This document shows positions 30,191 through 41,136 of a stretch of 64,000 bases of DNA, in pieces. A program made the translations under genes and the position numbers. The notes under the pieces are model-generated. The model was not told the DNA's origin. It ran no database searches and saw only the letters and a program-made list of their open reading frames with translations. How positions within the stretch are numbered: position 1 is the stretch's first letter; the number at the start of each line of letters is the position of its first letter. Source of the stretch: Ignavibacteriota bacterium (GTDB taxonomy: Bacteria; Bacteroidota; Ignavibacteria; UBA10030); the NCBI GenBank assembly GCA_963727825.1, contig CAVSHO010000001.1, forward strand, positions 96,001 to 160,000, given 5' to 3'.

Positions 30191-31762
30191 ATGAAAACCC
30201 ACATTCTCGATGGCAGCCAGCTTACTATTCCTGAAGTATTTAACCTTGCGAATAAAACCGCCCGTGCGAAATTAAATTCAACTGCGAAGCAAAAAATCTT
30301 GCGAGCGAGAAAACTTGTGGACGGGTGGACAAACACCGGTGAAGTAGTGTATGGTGTAACAACCGGTTTTGGAGAATTTGCCAATGTGTTGATAAATGCG
30401 GAAGATATTGAACAACTTCAAGAAAATCTGATTTTCAGCCATGCTGCAGGCGCCGGCGATCCGTTACCGGAAGAAGTGGTGCGAGCAATGATGGCATTAC
30501 GGGTTAATGCATTGGCAAAAGGATTTTCAGGGATACGGCTTTCGACGGTAGAATTATTAATAGAAATGTTAAATCGCGATATTATTCCGGTAATCCCTTC
30601 ACAAGGATCTGTCGGTGCAAGCGGCGATCTCGTTCAGCTTGCACATTTGGTGTTGGCAATGATGGGGAAGGGAAAAATAAATCCTAAGGGAAATGGAAAA
30701 AGTATAAGAGATAAGTTTATTGATTCGAGTGTAGTACTTCGGAAGAATGGGCTACGGCCGATCCATCTAACTGCGAAGGAAGGGCTTGCGCTCATCAATG
30801 GTACGCAAATGATGACAGCATACGCCGCGCTGGCAGTTCATCAAGCGAAACTTTTAGCAAAGATCGCAGATATTGCTGCTTCGATTAGCGTGGAGGCGCT
30901 ACGCGGAAGTGACACCGCATTTGATGAACGAATTCATCGGCTTCGTCCTTACAAAGGTCAATTGGCAGTTGCAAAGAATATGCGGAGATTAATGTACGGC
31001 AGCGAATTGCGTGAGTCTCATAGGCACAACGATACGCGTGTGCAAGATGCATATTCGATGCGATGTATTCCACAAGTGCATGGAGCTTCGCGCGATGCAA
31101 TCGATTATGTATACGATAAAGTTTCCATAGAAATAAATTCTGCGAACGACAATCCCCTTATATTTCCGGAAGATGGTATTCATCTTGAGGGCGGCAACTT
31201 TCATGGTCAGCCAATTGCGCTGGCAATGGATTTCCTTGCAATTGCGTTATCAGAACTCGCAAATATTTCTGAACGGCGCATTGAGCGATTAGTAAATGGT
31301 TCGCTCAGTGGTTTGCCGCGTTTTCTGACTCCCGATGGCGGATTGAATTCCGGTCTGATGATTGCGCAGTATACAGCCGCTTCACTAGTTTCAGAAAATA
31401 AAGTACTTGCGCATCCGGCGAGTGTAGATTCTATTCCGACTTCCGCAAATCAAGAGGATCACAATAGCATGGGTTCTATCAGTGCGCAGAAAGCATGGCG
31501 TGTACTAAAAAATGCACAGACAGTTCTTGCCATCGAATTGTTATGCGCCTGTCAGGGAATGGATTTCGCAAGAATATTGGAAGACAAGAGACCACTCAAA
31601 GCTGGTGCGGGAACGGAAGTGGCATATCAATTTGTTAGGAAGCGTATTAAGCATCTTGATCGAGATCGAGTGCTTTACAATGATATTCAAAAGACGTTAA
31701 GATTAGTTTTAGATGGAAGCATTCTCCCCGTAGTGGAAAAGAAAACTGGAAAACTGGATTGA
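30191..31762 (+). CDS. hutH: Histidine ammonia-lyase
   Basis: YGVTTGFG, GSVGASGDL (MIO), KEGLALINGTQ, QDAYSMRC, GGNFHGQP, NQEDHNSMG. Confidence 0.96.
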   Translation: MKTHILDGSQLTIPEVFNLANKTARAKLNSTAKQKILRARKLVDGWTNTGEVVYGVTTGFGEFANVLINAEDIEQLQENLIFSHAAGAGDPLPEEVVRAMMALRVNALAKGFSGIRLSTVELLIEMLNRDIIPVIPSQGSVGASGDLVQLAHLVLAMMGKGKINPKGNGKSIRDKFIDSSVVLRKNGLRPIHLTAKEGLALINGTQMMTAYAALAVHQAKLLAKIADIAASISVEALRGSDTAFDERIHRLRPYKGQLAVAKNMRRLMYGSELRESHRHNDTRVQDAYSMRCIPQVHGASRDAIDYVYDKVSIEINSANDNPLIFPEDGIHLEGGNFHGQPIALAMDFLAIALSELANISERRIERLVNGSLSGLPRFLTPDGGLNSGLMIAQYTAASLVSENKVLAHPASVDSIPTSANQEDHNSMGSISAQKAWRVLKNAQTVLAIELLCACQGMDFARILEDKRPLKAGAGTEVAYQFVRKRIKHLDRDRVLYNDIQKTLRLVLDGSILPVVEKKTGKLD

Positions 31763-31798
31763 TGAAATAGTTATTACAATTAAACAGAAAGACGATTT

Positions 31799-32896
31799 AT
31801 GAAATTTAAAAAAGAATTCATCAGAACTCTGCCAAAAGTTTTGCTGCACGATCATCTTGATGGAGGCGTACGGCCGCAAACTGTAATTGAATTAGCAAAA
31901 GATCAGAAGTATAAAAAACTTCCGACTACTGATGCTGGCGAGTTGGCGGGATGGTTTCATAGAGGCGCTACTCGCGGAAGTTTATCGCTTTTCCTTGAAG
32001 GGTTTGAGCATACTTGCGGTGTGATGCAAAATGAAGAAGCGCTTGAACGCGTAGCGTATGAAACATTGGAAGACATGAAAAAAGATGGGGTTGTGTACAT
32101 CGAATCACGGTTCGCGCCAGTGTTTCATACCAGCAAGGGGCTTGATCCGAACAAAGTGGTGATGGCAGTACTGCGCGGTTTTGAACGTGGAAAAAAAGAT
32201 TTTGGAGTTCATTACGGTCTGATCATTTGCGCGATGCGGCACATGGATCCATCCGTTTCGCTAGAGATGGCGGAGTTGGCGGTCGATTTCCGGAATCGCG
32301 GAGTGGTGGGATTCGATCTTGCAGGTGAAGAAGGCGGCTATCCTCCGAAGAAACATGTGGATGCGTTTGAATATATCCAACGTGAAAATTTTAATATTAC
32401 CGTTCATGCAGGCGAAGCATTTGGCAAAGAATCCATCTGGCAAGCGATTCAATGGTGTGGTGCACATCGCATTGGACATGCAACGCGGCTTATAGAAGAT
32501 ATGCGTGTGAAAAAAGGCGAAGTGTTGAATATGGGAACGCTTGCACAATATGTATTAGACAAACGAATCCCGCTTGAAATTTGCCTTACCAGCAATGTGC
32601 ACACAGGTGCGGTGCAGAGCATGGAAGAACATCCGTTCGGCATTCTCTATCGTTATAAGTTTCGTTGCACGCTTAACACCGACGATCGCCTTATGAGCAA
32701 TATCACACTCACAGATGAATATTGCAAGGCAGCAGAAATATTCAGCTTGAAATTTGAAGATCTGGAAAAGCTGACTATCAATGCGATGAAGAGCGCATTC
32801 ATGCCGTACAAGCAGCGCATCGCATTAATTTACGATGTTTTAAAGCCTGGATTTGCAAAAGCGAAAGAGAAACAACGAAGGAGAATTAAACAATGA
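31799..32896 (+). CDS. add: Adenosine deaminase
   Basis: PKVLLHDHLDGG, GFDLAGEE, VHAGEA, RIGH, EICLTSN, NTDD. Confidence 0.9.
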   Translation: MKFKKEFIRTLPKVLLHDHLDGGVRPQTVIELAKDQKYKKLPTTDAGELAGWFHRGATRGSLSLFLEGFEHTCGVMQNEEALERVAYETLEDMKKDGVVYIESRFAPVFHTSKGLDPNKVVMAVLRGFERGKKDFGVHYGLIICAMRHMDPSVSLEMAELAVDFRNRGVVGFDLAGEEGGYPPKKHVDAFEYIQRENFNITVHAGEAFGKESIWQAIQWCGAHRIGHATRLIEDMRVKKGEVLNMGTLAQYVLDKRIPLEICLTSNVHTGAVQSMEEHPFGILYRYKFRCTLNTDDRLMSNITLTDEYCKAAEIFSLKFEDLEKLTINAMKSAFMPYKQRIALIYDVLKPGFAKAKEKQRRRIKQ

Positions 32897-33564
32897 CTTG
32901 GATTATATCTTTCCTTTCTATATTACTCATTGGAGGACATATGGAAACAAATAACATTCATTGGTTTGGACAATCTGCATTTCGCATCGAAGACGAAACC
33001 ATGCAAATTTATATTGATCCATTCAAACTTCCGGCAAACCTGCCCAAAGCGGATATCATTTTTATTACGCATGCTCACTTTGATCACTTTTCAATGGAAG
33101 ATATTGCCAAGATTAGAACAGAGCATACAATTATCGTCGCTCCAAAAGATGTTGCATCTAAATTTGGAGATTCAGCCATTGCTGTCGTTCCGGGGAAAGG
33201 TTACACTATCGGCAAGTTGAAAGTGACAACGGTACCAGCGTACAATATAGATAAGAAATTTCATCCCAAATCAAACGGATGGGTGGGTTATATTATAACA
33301 TTGTCGAATGGTCAGAAGATTTATCACGCAGGTGACACGGATTTTATTCCAGAGATGAGGGAGATTATTACAGACATTGCAATGCTGCCGTGCGGCGGCA
33401 CTTATACAATGACGGCAAAACAAGCTGCTGAAGCTGCGAATGTATTTAAACCAAAACTGCTTATTCCGATGCATTACGGTAGCATTGTCGGTTCTAATGC
33501 AGATGCAGATACAGTAAAGAAATTGTTCAAAGGTGAAACGAAAATACTTGCTCCCGAACGATAA
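32893..33564 (+). CDS. MBL-fold metallo-hydrolase (UPF0173-like); alternative start 32941
   Basis: THAHFDH, YHAGDT, IPMHY. Confidence 0.85.
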   Translation: MTWIISFLSILLIGGHMETNNIHWFGQSAFRIEDETMQIYIDPFKLPANLPKADIIFITHAHFDHFSMEDIAKIRTEHTIIVAPKDVASKFGDSAIAVVPGKGYTIGKLKVTTVPAYNIDKKFHPKSNGWVGYIITLSNGQKIYHAGDTDFIPEMREIITDIAMLPCGGTYTMTAKQAAEAANVFKPKLLIPMHYGSIVGSNADADTVKKLFKGETKILAPER

Positions 33565-33604
33565 TCTTTCATCTGATTGTTGAGATGCAATGAACAGACG
33601 AAGA

Positions 33605-35146
33605 TCAGTTCACCATAAATAAACGTCCTTTATATTGAACATTGTGCTGGCATTTATAGAGCCGCCATTGCCCGGTTGTTATGATGGGTTTCAAGATAGG
33701 CATAGCAGGAGATGAAATAAAGGAATGAAAGACATCCAGTGCATTGATGAGTGCATAATCAAATGCCTGACAATCTTCTGCGCGAACATCTTCCGCCATC
33801 CATTCTAATCCCTGTGTCCATGGATTCTTCGTATTGGTAATAATAATACCATTTTGGTGTTCGGCAAACGAAAAATTTATTTTGCTGTTATGAAGAACCT
33901 GTGCGTATGCAAAGGTTTGCATATACGGCCGCCCGCAGATGATTACGCTGCCTTTCATATAATCCAATCCAAGGACGCTTGCCTGGTCCGGAATTGCATC
34001 CAACGCCTCGGTCAATCCGGCATTCTCAAGATTTTCAAATTCAAACCACAGAAATCCTGTTGTACAAAAGAAAATCGTTGCAAACAATAACGGAAAGGTT
34101 GTCCGATAGATAGAAGGAATTTTCGGCTCGGGCAAAGCCAGTAAAAAAAATGTCAGGGCGATAGGCATCCAACGGGAGGCAAAGGAGATCGTATTCATAT
34201 ATTTATCCGGCGCAAAAAACCCGATTGCTGTAAAAAACAAACCCGTCCAGAGAAAATTAAAATGAATACCAGTGCGTATATTGCCGCGATTGGTAAATAA
34301 AGCAATATAACACCACGCGCCAATACCGATGAGCACCAGCAATTCCAATGGTCCATGCAGTCCGCCAAGAATGGCATCGATAAGCCATTTCGGATTCAAC
34401 CGGTCATATGGAAGAGTGTACCAATGCGGAGCAATATCGAACTGAAGAGAAGACCGCATAGTGGAAAAACCAATGTACCACAAGAAGCTATACATAAGAA
34501 TCGGAACTAATGCAATGCTATCACGAATGATGTGTTGAAATGTGCGATGCCGTCGAAGGTCTTCGATACCGAGATACACTATTCCTACCACCAACCAGAT
34601 TGCATGCGCTAAGAATAATAGAACACTGAATAGAATCACCATGATAATATGATGCGTTGATTTCTGTTCTTCACTTTGGTCAACCACATAAAGATACCAT
34701 CCGATAAAAACTGGAAAGCCGATAATAAAATTAATGAACCCCCAATAGAAACTTGCATTGAATACTAGTATACTTGCAAGTACCGCGGATTCCACGGTAC
34801 GATGTTGTCGCTTTGCTAAAATAAACACAGCAAGAACCCACATGCAAACAAGTTCCAGCATAAGCACCTTACCCGCGGCAATTGGTGAAAACACAAACCA
34901 GTCGATTCCTAGCAGTATATATACCAGAGAATTTGCACCTGACCAATTGATAGAATACTCCTGCATTGCTTTTGGATGCGAAAAGTGCTCAATGAAAAGT
35001 TTAATCTGGCCAAGATGTTGCGGAAGATCTGTCGCAGGAACATACCGTACAAAGAAAAATGGCAGACATACCATAAAGCAAGTAAGAAGCCAAAAGAACC
35101 AATTTCGTTTTGATAACTGTGTAAACAGTGACAAATTCATATACAA
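33605..35146 (-). CDS. Polytopic membrane protein, possibly GT-C-like glycosyltransferase
   Basis: Many hydrophobic helices; PATDLPQHL loop after TM1; YWGFINF; C-terminal soluble domain. Confidence 0.55.
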   Translation of the reverse strand: MYMNLSLFTQLSKRNWFFWLLTCFMVCLPFFFVRYVPATDLPQHLGQIKLFIEHFSHPKAMQEYSINWSGANSLVYILLGIDWFVFSPIAAGKVLMLELVCMWVLAVFILAKRQHRTVESAVLASILVFNASFYWGFINFIIGFPVFIGWYLYVVDQSEEQKSTHHIIMVILFSVLLFLAHAIWLVVGIVYLGIEDLRRHRTFQHIIRDSIALVPILMYSFLWYIGFSTMRSSLQFDIAPHWYTLPYDRLNPKWLIDAILGGLHGPLELLVLIGIGAWCYIALFTNRGNIRTGIHFNFLWTGLFFTAIGFFAPDKYMNTISFASRWMPIALTFFLLALPEPKIPSIYRTTFPLLFATIFFCTTGFLWFEFENLENAGLTEALDAIPDQASVLGLDYMKGSVIICGRPYMQTFAYAQVLHNSKINFSFAEHQNGIIITNTKNPWTQGLEWMAEDVRAEDCQAFDYALINALDVFHSFISSPAMPILKPIITTGQWRLYKCQHNVQYKGRLFMVN

Positions 35147-35259
35147 TTATTCTCCAAATATGTTTAAAAGTATAAACGATACACGTATTGCTAAAGTTTT
35201 TAACCAGCTCTTTTATTGCACCCTGTATTTAATCAGTACAATCAGAGAAATGCGTAAAG

Positions 35260-36519
35260 TCATTTTACCATCTGCAAAAACCTTTCTTTATCTCTCCTAT
35301 GAATCCGGATTTTCATTTTTACCTTTCCTTCTTCATAAGTTCGTTCTAATACTTCACCTACGTCATGCAGTTGTGCAATAATTTTTTGTTTTGAGTCAGA
35401 CAGTACAATTTCTTCAATCATAAATTCTTTTTCTAACATTTGCGCAACTGCTTCTTTGAATCCGAGAATATTTATTCCTCTGACTGCGGAGATGAACACA
35501 CAGTTAGGATGCTTTTCGGATAACGTCGGCAAGACACTTCGATCTTGAAGCATGTCAATTTTATTGAAGACAACCAATGTAGGTGTATCGCCAGCACCAA
35601 GGTCTTCTAATGTTTCTTGCACAACATTGATTTGATCTTCGAAGTAAGGACTCGATATATCCACCACATGGAGAAGAATGTCGGCTTCCGTTATTTCCTC
35701 CAACGTACTCTTGAACGATGCAACAAGATGATGCGGCAATTTGCGGATGAAACCGACGGTGTCCGTCATAAGAATTGATACGGCGGAATCAAGCGGGACG
35801 AGCCGCGTTGTCGGATCGAGTGTCGCAAAAAGCCGGTTCTCGACGAAAACATCTGAACCAGCAAGCAGATTTAAAAGTGTCGATTTACCAACATTTGTGT
35901 AGCCCACAAGTGCAGTGCGAGTGTGCTTAGTACGACCTTGGCGTTGTGTTACACGTTGTTTAGATATACGTTCAAGCTTTTCTTTTAAAGTACTAATGCG
36001 TGTTCGGATCAGCCGGCGGTCTGTTTCGATTTGCGTTTCGCCAGGACCTTTTGTGCCGATACCACCGAATTGTTTTGACAAATGCGTCCATTGGCGCGTG
36101 AGGCGCGGCAGAAGATACTCAAGCTGAGCAAGTTCCACTTGCGTTTTCGCTTCACTGGACTTTGCGCGCGATGCAAAAATGTCGAGGATTAATCCGCTGC
36201 GGTCGAGCACCTTACATTCCATTAGGCGCTCAAGATTTCGTACCTGCGCAGGCGAGAGATCGTCATCAAAAATTACAAGTGGAATAGTTTCGTTCTTCAA
36301 TCGCTGATGCAATTCTTCAACCTTCCCTTTACCGATGTACGTGGCCGGCTCAGGATGATCGCGATCCTGTGTTATTCTTCCAACAACTTCTGCTCCCGCT
36401 GTGTCTGCGAGTAATGCAAGCTCGGTGAGTGACTCGTCAACCTCAGCTTTCAAATTCAAACGCGTCGGCACTCCAACGAGAATACACTTTTCTTTTCCAG
36501 TTTGAGCTAATTCAATCAT
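35260..36519 (-). CDS. hflX: GTPase HflX
   Basis: GPGETQIETDRR, GYTNVGKS, FATLDPT, DTVGF, NKID. Confidence 0.96.
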   Translation of the reverse strand: MIELAQTGKEKCILVGVPTRLNLKAEVDESLTELALLADTAGAEVVGRITQDRDHPEPATYIGKGKVEELHQRLKNETIPLVIFDDDLSPAQVRNLERLMECKVLDRSGLILDIFASRAKSSEAKTQVELAQLEYLLPRLTRQWTHLSKQFGGIGTKGPGETQIETDRRLIRTRISTLKEKLERISKQRVTQRQGRTKHTRTALVGYTNVGKSTLLNLLAGSDVFVENRLFATLDPTTRLVPLDSAVSILMTDTVGFIRKLPHHLVASFKSTLEEITEADILLHVVDISSPYFEDQINVVQETLEDLGAGDTPTLVVFNKIDMLQDRSVLPTLSEKHPNCVFISAVRGINILGFKEAVAQMLEKEFMIEEIVLSDSKQKIIAQLHDVGEVLERTYEEGKVKMKIRIHRRDKERFLQMVK

Positions 36520-36537
36520 ATTGATTCTTTCATACTA

Positions 36538-38720
36538 TTATATTTGCTTCACTGCCGAAGAGTGATAATGTTTGTTATCTCGTGCTACGAACATTTCGAT
36601 AATAGCAATAAGCAGTGCGGCGATAAGGAATTGTTTCCAAAGTTCAGTACCAAAACGTGATTCTGTGATAATGCGCTGCACCTCTTGCATCTGATTCACC
36701 TTGTGTATTGAGTGGTCCACAATACCGATCCGGTTAAACATGTTAAATATATGTTTCTCGTCTGAAGGCATTGTGTTTGATTCGTCCGGATCAACATTAA
36801 CGACAAACTTGTCTAATATCAAGTTATCAGATGCTATGGTATAGAATCCCGGTAAGTCATTATCGGAAAACCGAACACTTCTTTCTGCCGCAACTTGCTG
36901 AGGGTTTATAAAGATTTGCGTGCCGCCCGGTTTTGTAATTGTGAGTTTTAGCGGAATGGTTGTGCGAAGATGAATAACTGCTTCTTCGTCAATTAATAAC
37001 GAATGTTCCATTGCTGATTTTTGCACAAGATACGCGAGTGAACGATGCACTAACAGAACGAACAATCCTTTCAGCGGCAAATCCGACCACTCGGTATTAG
37101 CAGCAACACTGAACAATAATACACGTCCTCTGCCAACTTGTTCTTCTATCAAGAATGGATGCCCGTTTGTAAGTGTAATAATGGATTGTGATTTCGATGT
37201 CGTAGAAAAAAAAGATGATTTACTAATATGCGGAGATTCTAGTACACGCTGCCGATCTGATGTTCCCGACGATGGTTTTACTTTGGCTTCTTCAAACATT
37301 CCAGTAAATAGCGGATGGTGTAAATCGACTTTGTCGAATTCAATGAATGAATTGGCTGATTGCAATTTTACATCATCTGCTGATGTCGCAGCAGTTGAGA
37401 TACCAAGCGGTACAGCTATGGTGGTATTAAATGCGTTGTTAGTTGTTTGTGTGCCTGGGAAGAAAATCATCCCACCGCCATTTTGAAGGTATATTTTTAG
37501 TGCGAGAGATTGGTCATGCGTTAGTTCATGCGGATTGGAAAGGATGACGACATCGGTATTGTTCAAATGGGATGATGAAAAACGGTCACACGTTATTTGA
37601 TTTATATTTAAACTCACACTGCTATCAGTGAGTCGGGTGGCAAGTGCAATGCGAAGATAAGTAGAGGTCGGATGTGCTGCCGACAAGAAGAACATGAAGT
37701 ATTTCTGGAATATGTACCTGTGAAAAACCGTGTGTTGTCAAATTCAAGATCGTCATCTTCCAATTCAATTTTTCCCTCGATGAATCCTGGATGATTTGGA
37801 ACAAACGTGAACTCTGTTTCCACTGATTGTCCAGCATGGATATCAATCCCTTTTTGTCCCACGCGGCTTCCATCTTGATAGACACTTACAATATGATTCT
37901 GCAGGTTTGAAGTGCCATGGTTTATCAGCTTCGCTTTCACGGTAAAGGGTTTGTTCACTTCAAAAATTGTGCTCGGTATTGCTATCGATTCTATTGAAAC
38001 ATTTTGTAATTCGCGTTTGCCAAGAGGAATGAGAAAGAATTGTATCGTCTGCGCGAATAGTTTCTCGTTGGTTTTTACCGCGTGTGTTTTGGATTCAAGT
38101 GATCCAGATTGGAAGTCGGATATAAGATAGACTTCTTTATTAAAGTTTTGAGATGAGGCAAGTAAGCGAGAGGAAAAGCGAAGTGCATCTTCAATCGTAC
38201 GATGGACATATGATGGCTTGATTTCATTGATAGCGCTTCGGATTGCAGGAAAGTTTTGCTGGGCAGAAGGAATTTCGGATGTTCCTTCGACTGGAACATC
38301 GGAAAGTTTAAGAAGAAAAACTTCGTCGCCATCCTTTAAAAGGTCCAACACCGCGCTTGCAGCGTTTTTTGCTTGGTGAAGTAATTCTCCCTGTTCATCG
38401 CTCGCGGTCATACTTTGCGAATCATCAAATACAATAACTGCAGTTGTCTTTGCCTGTTCGGCAAGACCACCAGGGAGCGAACCTTTTAATGTCGGGCGAG
38501 AGAATGCGAATACGACAAGGACAACTAACAAAGTGCGAAGAACCAGCAAGAGCAATTGACGAAGTTTAAGCCGGCGGATTTTTGTTTTCTGTAATTCCTT
38601 TAGGAATGAGAGCGTGCTGAATTCAATTGTTTTTAACTTGCGCAGATTGAAAATGTGCAGCAGAATGGGAATGCCGGCTGCAAGAAGTCCAATCAGTACT
38701 ATGGGGTTAAGAAAAGTCAA
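36538..38720 (-). CDS. BatA-domain / vWA / CARDB membrane-anchored protein; two apparent frameshifts near 37718 and 37661
   Basis: TFLNP..PILLH..FSTLSFL N-terminus, DDSQSM vWA motif, ELWKQFL C-terminal TM; continuous through three frames. Confidence 0.75.
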
Positions 38721-38833
38721 TGTGCGTTCTATTCTGATAGATAATCTATAGTAACTTAATCTGAAGATGTGCGAAAAGCAAGAAGGCAAAAATATCAAAT
38801 ATTTTGTATCTTGTAAACAAAAAGGAAAATATC

Positions 38834-39616
38834 ATGCTGCAAGTTGCAATTGAAGCCGCACTCGAAGCGGGAAAATTTCTAAAAATGAATGTTGGGAAAA
38901 TTCGTCATATTGAACATAAAGGCGGACAGAAAACCAATCTCGTAACCGAAATAGATAAGAAGTCGGAACAAATGATCATCAGTAAAATCAAGCAGCATTT
39001 TCCGCATCACGATTTTCTTTGTGAGGAATCCGGTGCCGCAGAAGTGAAATCCGAATACCGGTGGATCATTGATCCTTTAGACGGGACAGTGAACTACACT
39101 CATGCTTTGCCTATCTATACTGTGTCTATCGGTTTGGAATACAAAGGAGAGATTATTTTGGGTGTTGTCTACGATCCAAGTTTAGATGAATTGTATACCG
39201 CTGAAAAAGGTAAGGGTGCGTGGTTAAATAAGAAGCGTATAGAAGTTACTAAGACAACGAAGTTGATTGAAAGTCTCGTTGTTACCGGATTTGCGTATGA
39301 TGTGAACGAGCGTCCTGAACCTTCGGTCACGCACTTCAGAAATTTTCTTGCGGAAGCACAGGCAATTCGGCGGCTGGGATCGGCTGCGCTTGATTTATGC
39401 TATGTTGCCGCAGGACGATTCGAAGGTTTTTGGGAAGGGGTGATTCGTCCATGGGATATGGCAGCAGGAGTATTGATTGTAATGGAAGCGGGCGGAAAAT
39501 GGACTGATTTCCGTGGTTTTCCATCAAGTATTTATAAAGAAGAAATGCTCGCAACGAACGGATTGATTCACGAACAAATGATTGCAGTACTGAAGAAGGG
39601 AATGAAAAATAAATAA
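38834..39616 (+). CDS. suhB: Inositol monophosphatase family protein
   Basis: CEES, WIIDPLDGTVNY, RRLGSAALDL, PWDMAAG. Confidence 0.9.
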   Translation: MLQVAIEAALEAGKFLKMNVGKIRHIEHKGGQKTNLVTEIDKKSEQMIISKIKQHFPHHDFLCEESGAAEVKSEYRWIIDPLDGTVNYTHALPIYTVSIGLEYKGEIILGVVYDPSLDELYTAEKGKGAWLNKKRIEVTKTTKLIESLVVTGFAYDVNERPEPSVTHFRNFLAEAQAIRRLGSAALDLCYVAAGRFEGFWEGVIRPWDMAAGVLIVMEAGGKWTDFRGFPSSIYKEEMLATNGLIHEQMIAVLKKGMKNK

Positions 39617-39734
39617 GAGTTATCTAAAAATATATTATTACAATCAGACTGAGCTTGTCGAAGTTTGGTGACAGAATGTTTTGATATATTTCGACAAGCT
39701 CAACGTAATTTCAAGTCATTTCTTAGATAGGTTA
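39617..39734. repeat. REP doublet (TGAGCTTGTCGAA / TTCGACAAGCTCA) inside degenerate outer inverted ends
   Basis: 13-bp perfect IR 39650-39662/39690-39702; outer TATCTAAAAA 39621-39630 / TTCTTAGATA 39720-39729. Confidence 0.7.
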
Positions 39735-39763
39735 TAGTTAAATGAAGACGTGGTTAAAAACTC

Positions 39764-41128
39764 TTAGAAAGTTACCGCACTAACCTGTTTCCACTTTTTC
39801 ACGCCGTTTTTATCCACAACATCTAAAATCATCGGCTTGTGTTCTGGTTTCGTAGAAGAGAATGAAAATGCTTCTGCAATCCGTTTGCGTGTAGAGGCAA
39901 GAACATTTTCGCGATCAGTATAGAAGACGACGAGTGAATCTCCAATATCTACTGTGTCGCCAACCTTCTTCTTCAATAAAATTCCTGCTTTCATGTCGAT
40001 CACATCGTCGATCTTCTCGCGGCCCGCACCAAGAGAAATGCTTGTCAATCCTAATTCGAAAGAATCTATTTTATCGACATATCCTTTCTCACTCGATTTT
40101 ACTTCCATAGCAAATTTTGGCAACGGATATTTTTCCAAATTTTCAAGGGCTTCAACACTACCTCCTTGTGCACGGACAAGATCGAGAAGTTTATGATATG
40201 CCGATCCGTTCTCAATTGTCTTTCTACATTTCTCAATTCCTTCTTCAATCGACTTCGCTTTCTTGCCGAGATATACCATTGTGCCTGAAAGCACGTATGT
40301 AACTTCCATTAAATCGCTTGAAGCGTCGTTATTTCCAACAGCACCACGCAGGCATTCGACTGATTCAATAACTTCCAACCAATTGCCGATAGCAACTCCA
40401 AGCGGCTGGTTCATATTCGTTATATAGCCGATGGTTTCTTTTCCAAATCCGTTTCCTATGCCGACGAGCGTCTTGGCCAATTCAAGTGAGTGCTCGTAGG
40501 TTTGCATAAATGCCCCCCGCCCGGTTTTCACATCGAGTACTAACGCATCGATGCCTTCTGCTAATTTTTTGCTCATAATGCTTCCGGCAATGAGCGGAAT
40601 ACATTCGACGGTTGAGGTGACATCGCGCAGGGCGTACATTTTTTTGTCGGCAGGAGCGATTTCTTTCGTTTGACCGATCATCACCACACCAATTTCGCTA
40701 ATGACTCGCTTGTATTCGGCAATTGAAAGATCAGTCCGAAAGCCGGGAATGGATTCTAATTTATCGAGTGTGCCGCCGGTATGTCCGAGTCCGCGCCCGG
40801 AGATCATTGGCACTGGAACGTCGCATGCGGCAACCATTGGTGCGAGAATGAGTGATACTTTATCGCCTACTCCGCCGGTAGAATGTTTATCTACTTTAAT
40901 GCCGGGAATTTCAGAAAGGCCAATCACTTCGCCGGAGTGAAGCATCAATTTTGTGAATGTGAGCGTTTCCTCGCTGCTCATTCCACGGAAGTAACATGCC
41001 ATTAGGAATGCAGACATCTGATAGTCCGGCACTTTGCCCTCGACGTATCCCGTGATGAGGAATCGGAATTCTTCTTCGGTGAGTGAATCGCCCTCGCGTT
41101 TCTTGCGAATCAAATCAACAATATTCAT
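39764..41128 (-). CDS. pdp: Thymidine / pyrimidine-nucleoside phosphorylase
   Basis: VDKHSTGGVGDK, SGRGLGHTGGTLDKLE, SIMSKKLA, LDVKTGRGAF. Confidence 0.93.
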   Translation of the reverse strand: MNIVDLIRKKREGDSLTEEEFRFLITGYVEGKVPDYQMSAFLMACYFRGMSSEETLTFTKLMLHSGEVIGLSEIPGIKVDKHSTGGVGDKVSLILAPMVAACDVPVPMISGRGLGHTGGTLDKLESIPGFRTDLSIAEYKRVISEIGVVMIGQTKEIAPADKKMYALRDVTSTVECIPLIAGSIMSKKLAEGIDALVLDVKTGRGAFMQTYEHSLELAKTLVGIGNGFGKETIGYITNMNQPLGVAIGNWLEVIESVECLRGAVGNNDASSDLMEVTYVLSGTMVYLGKKAKSIEEGIEKCRKTIENGSAYHKLLDLVRAQGGSVEALENLEKYPLPKFAMEVKSSEKGYVDKIDSFELGLTSISLGAGREKIDDVIDMKAGILLKKKVGDTVDIGDSLVVFYTDRENVLASTRKRIAEAFSFSSTKPEHKPMILDVVDKNGVKKWKQVSAVTF

Positions 41129-41136
41129 AGCAATTT

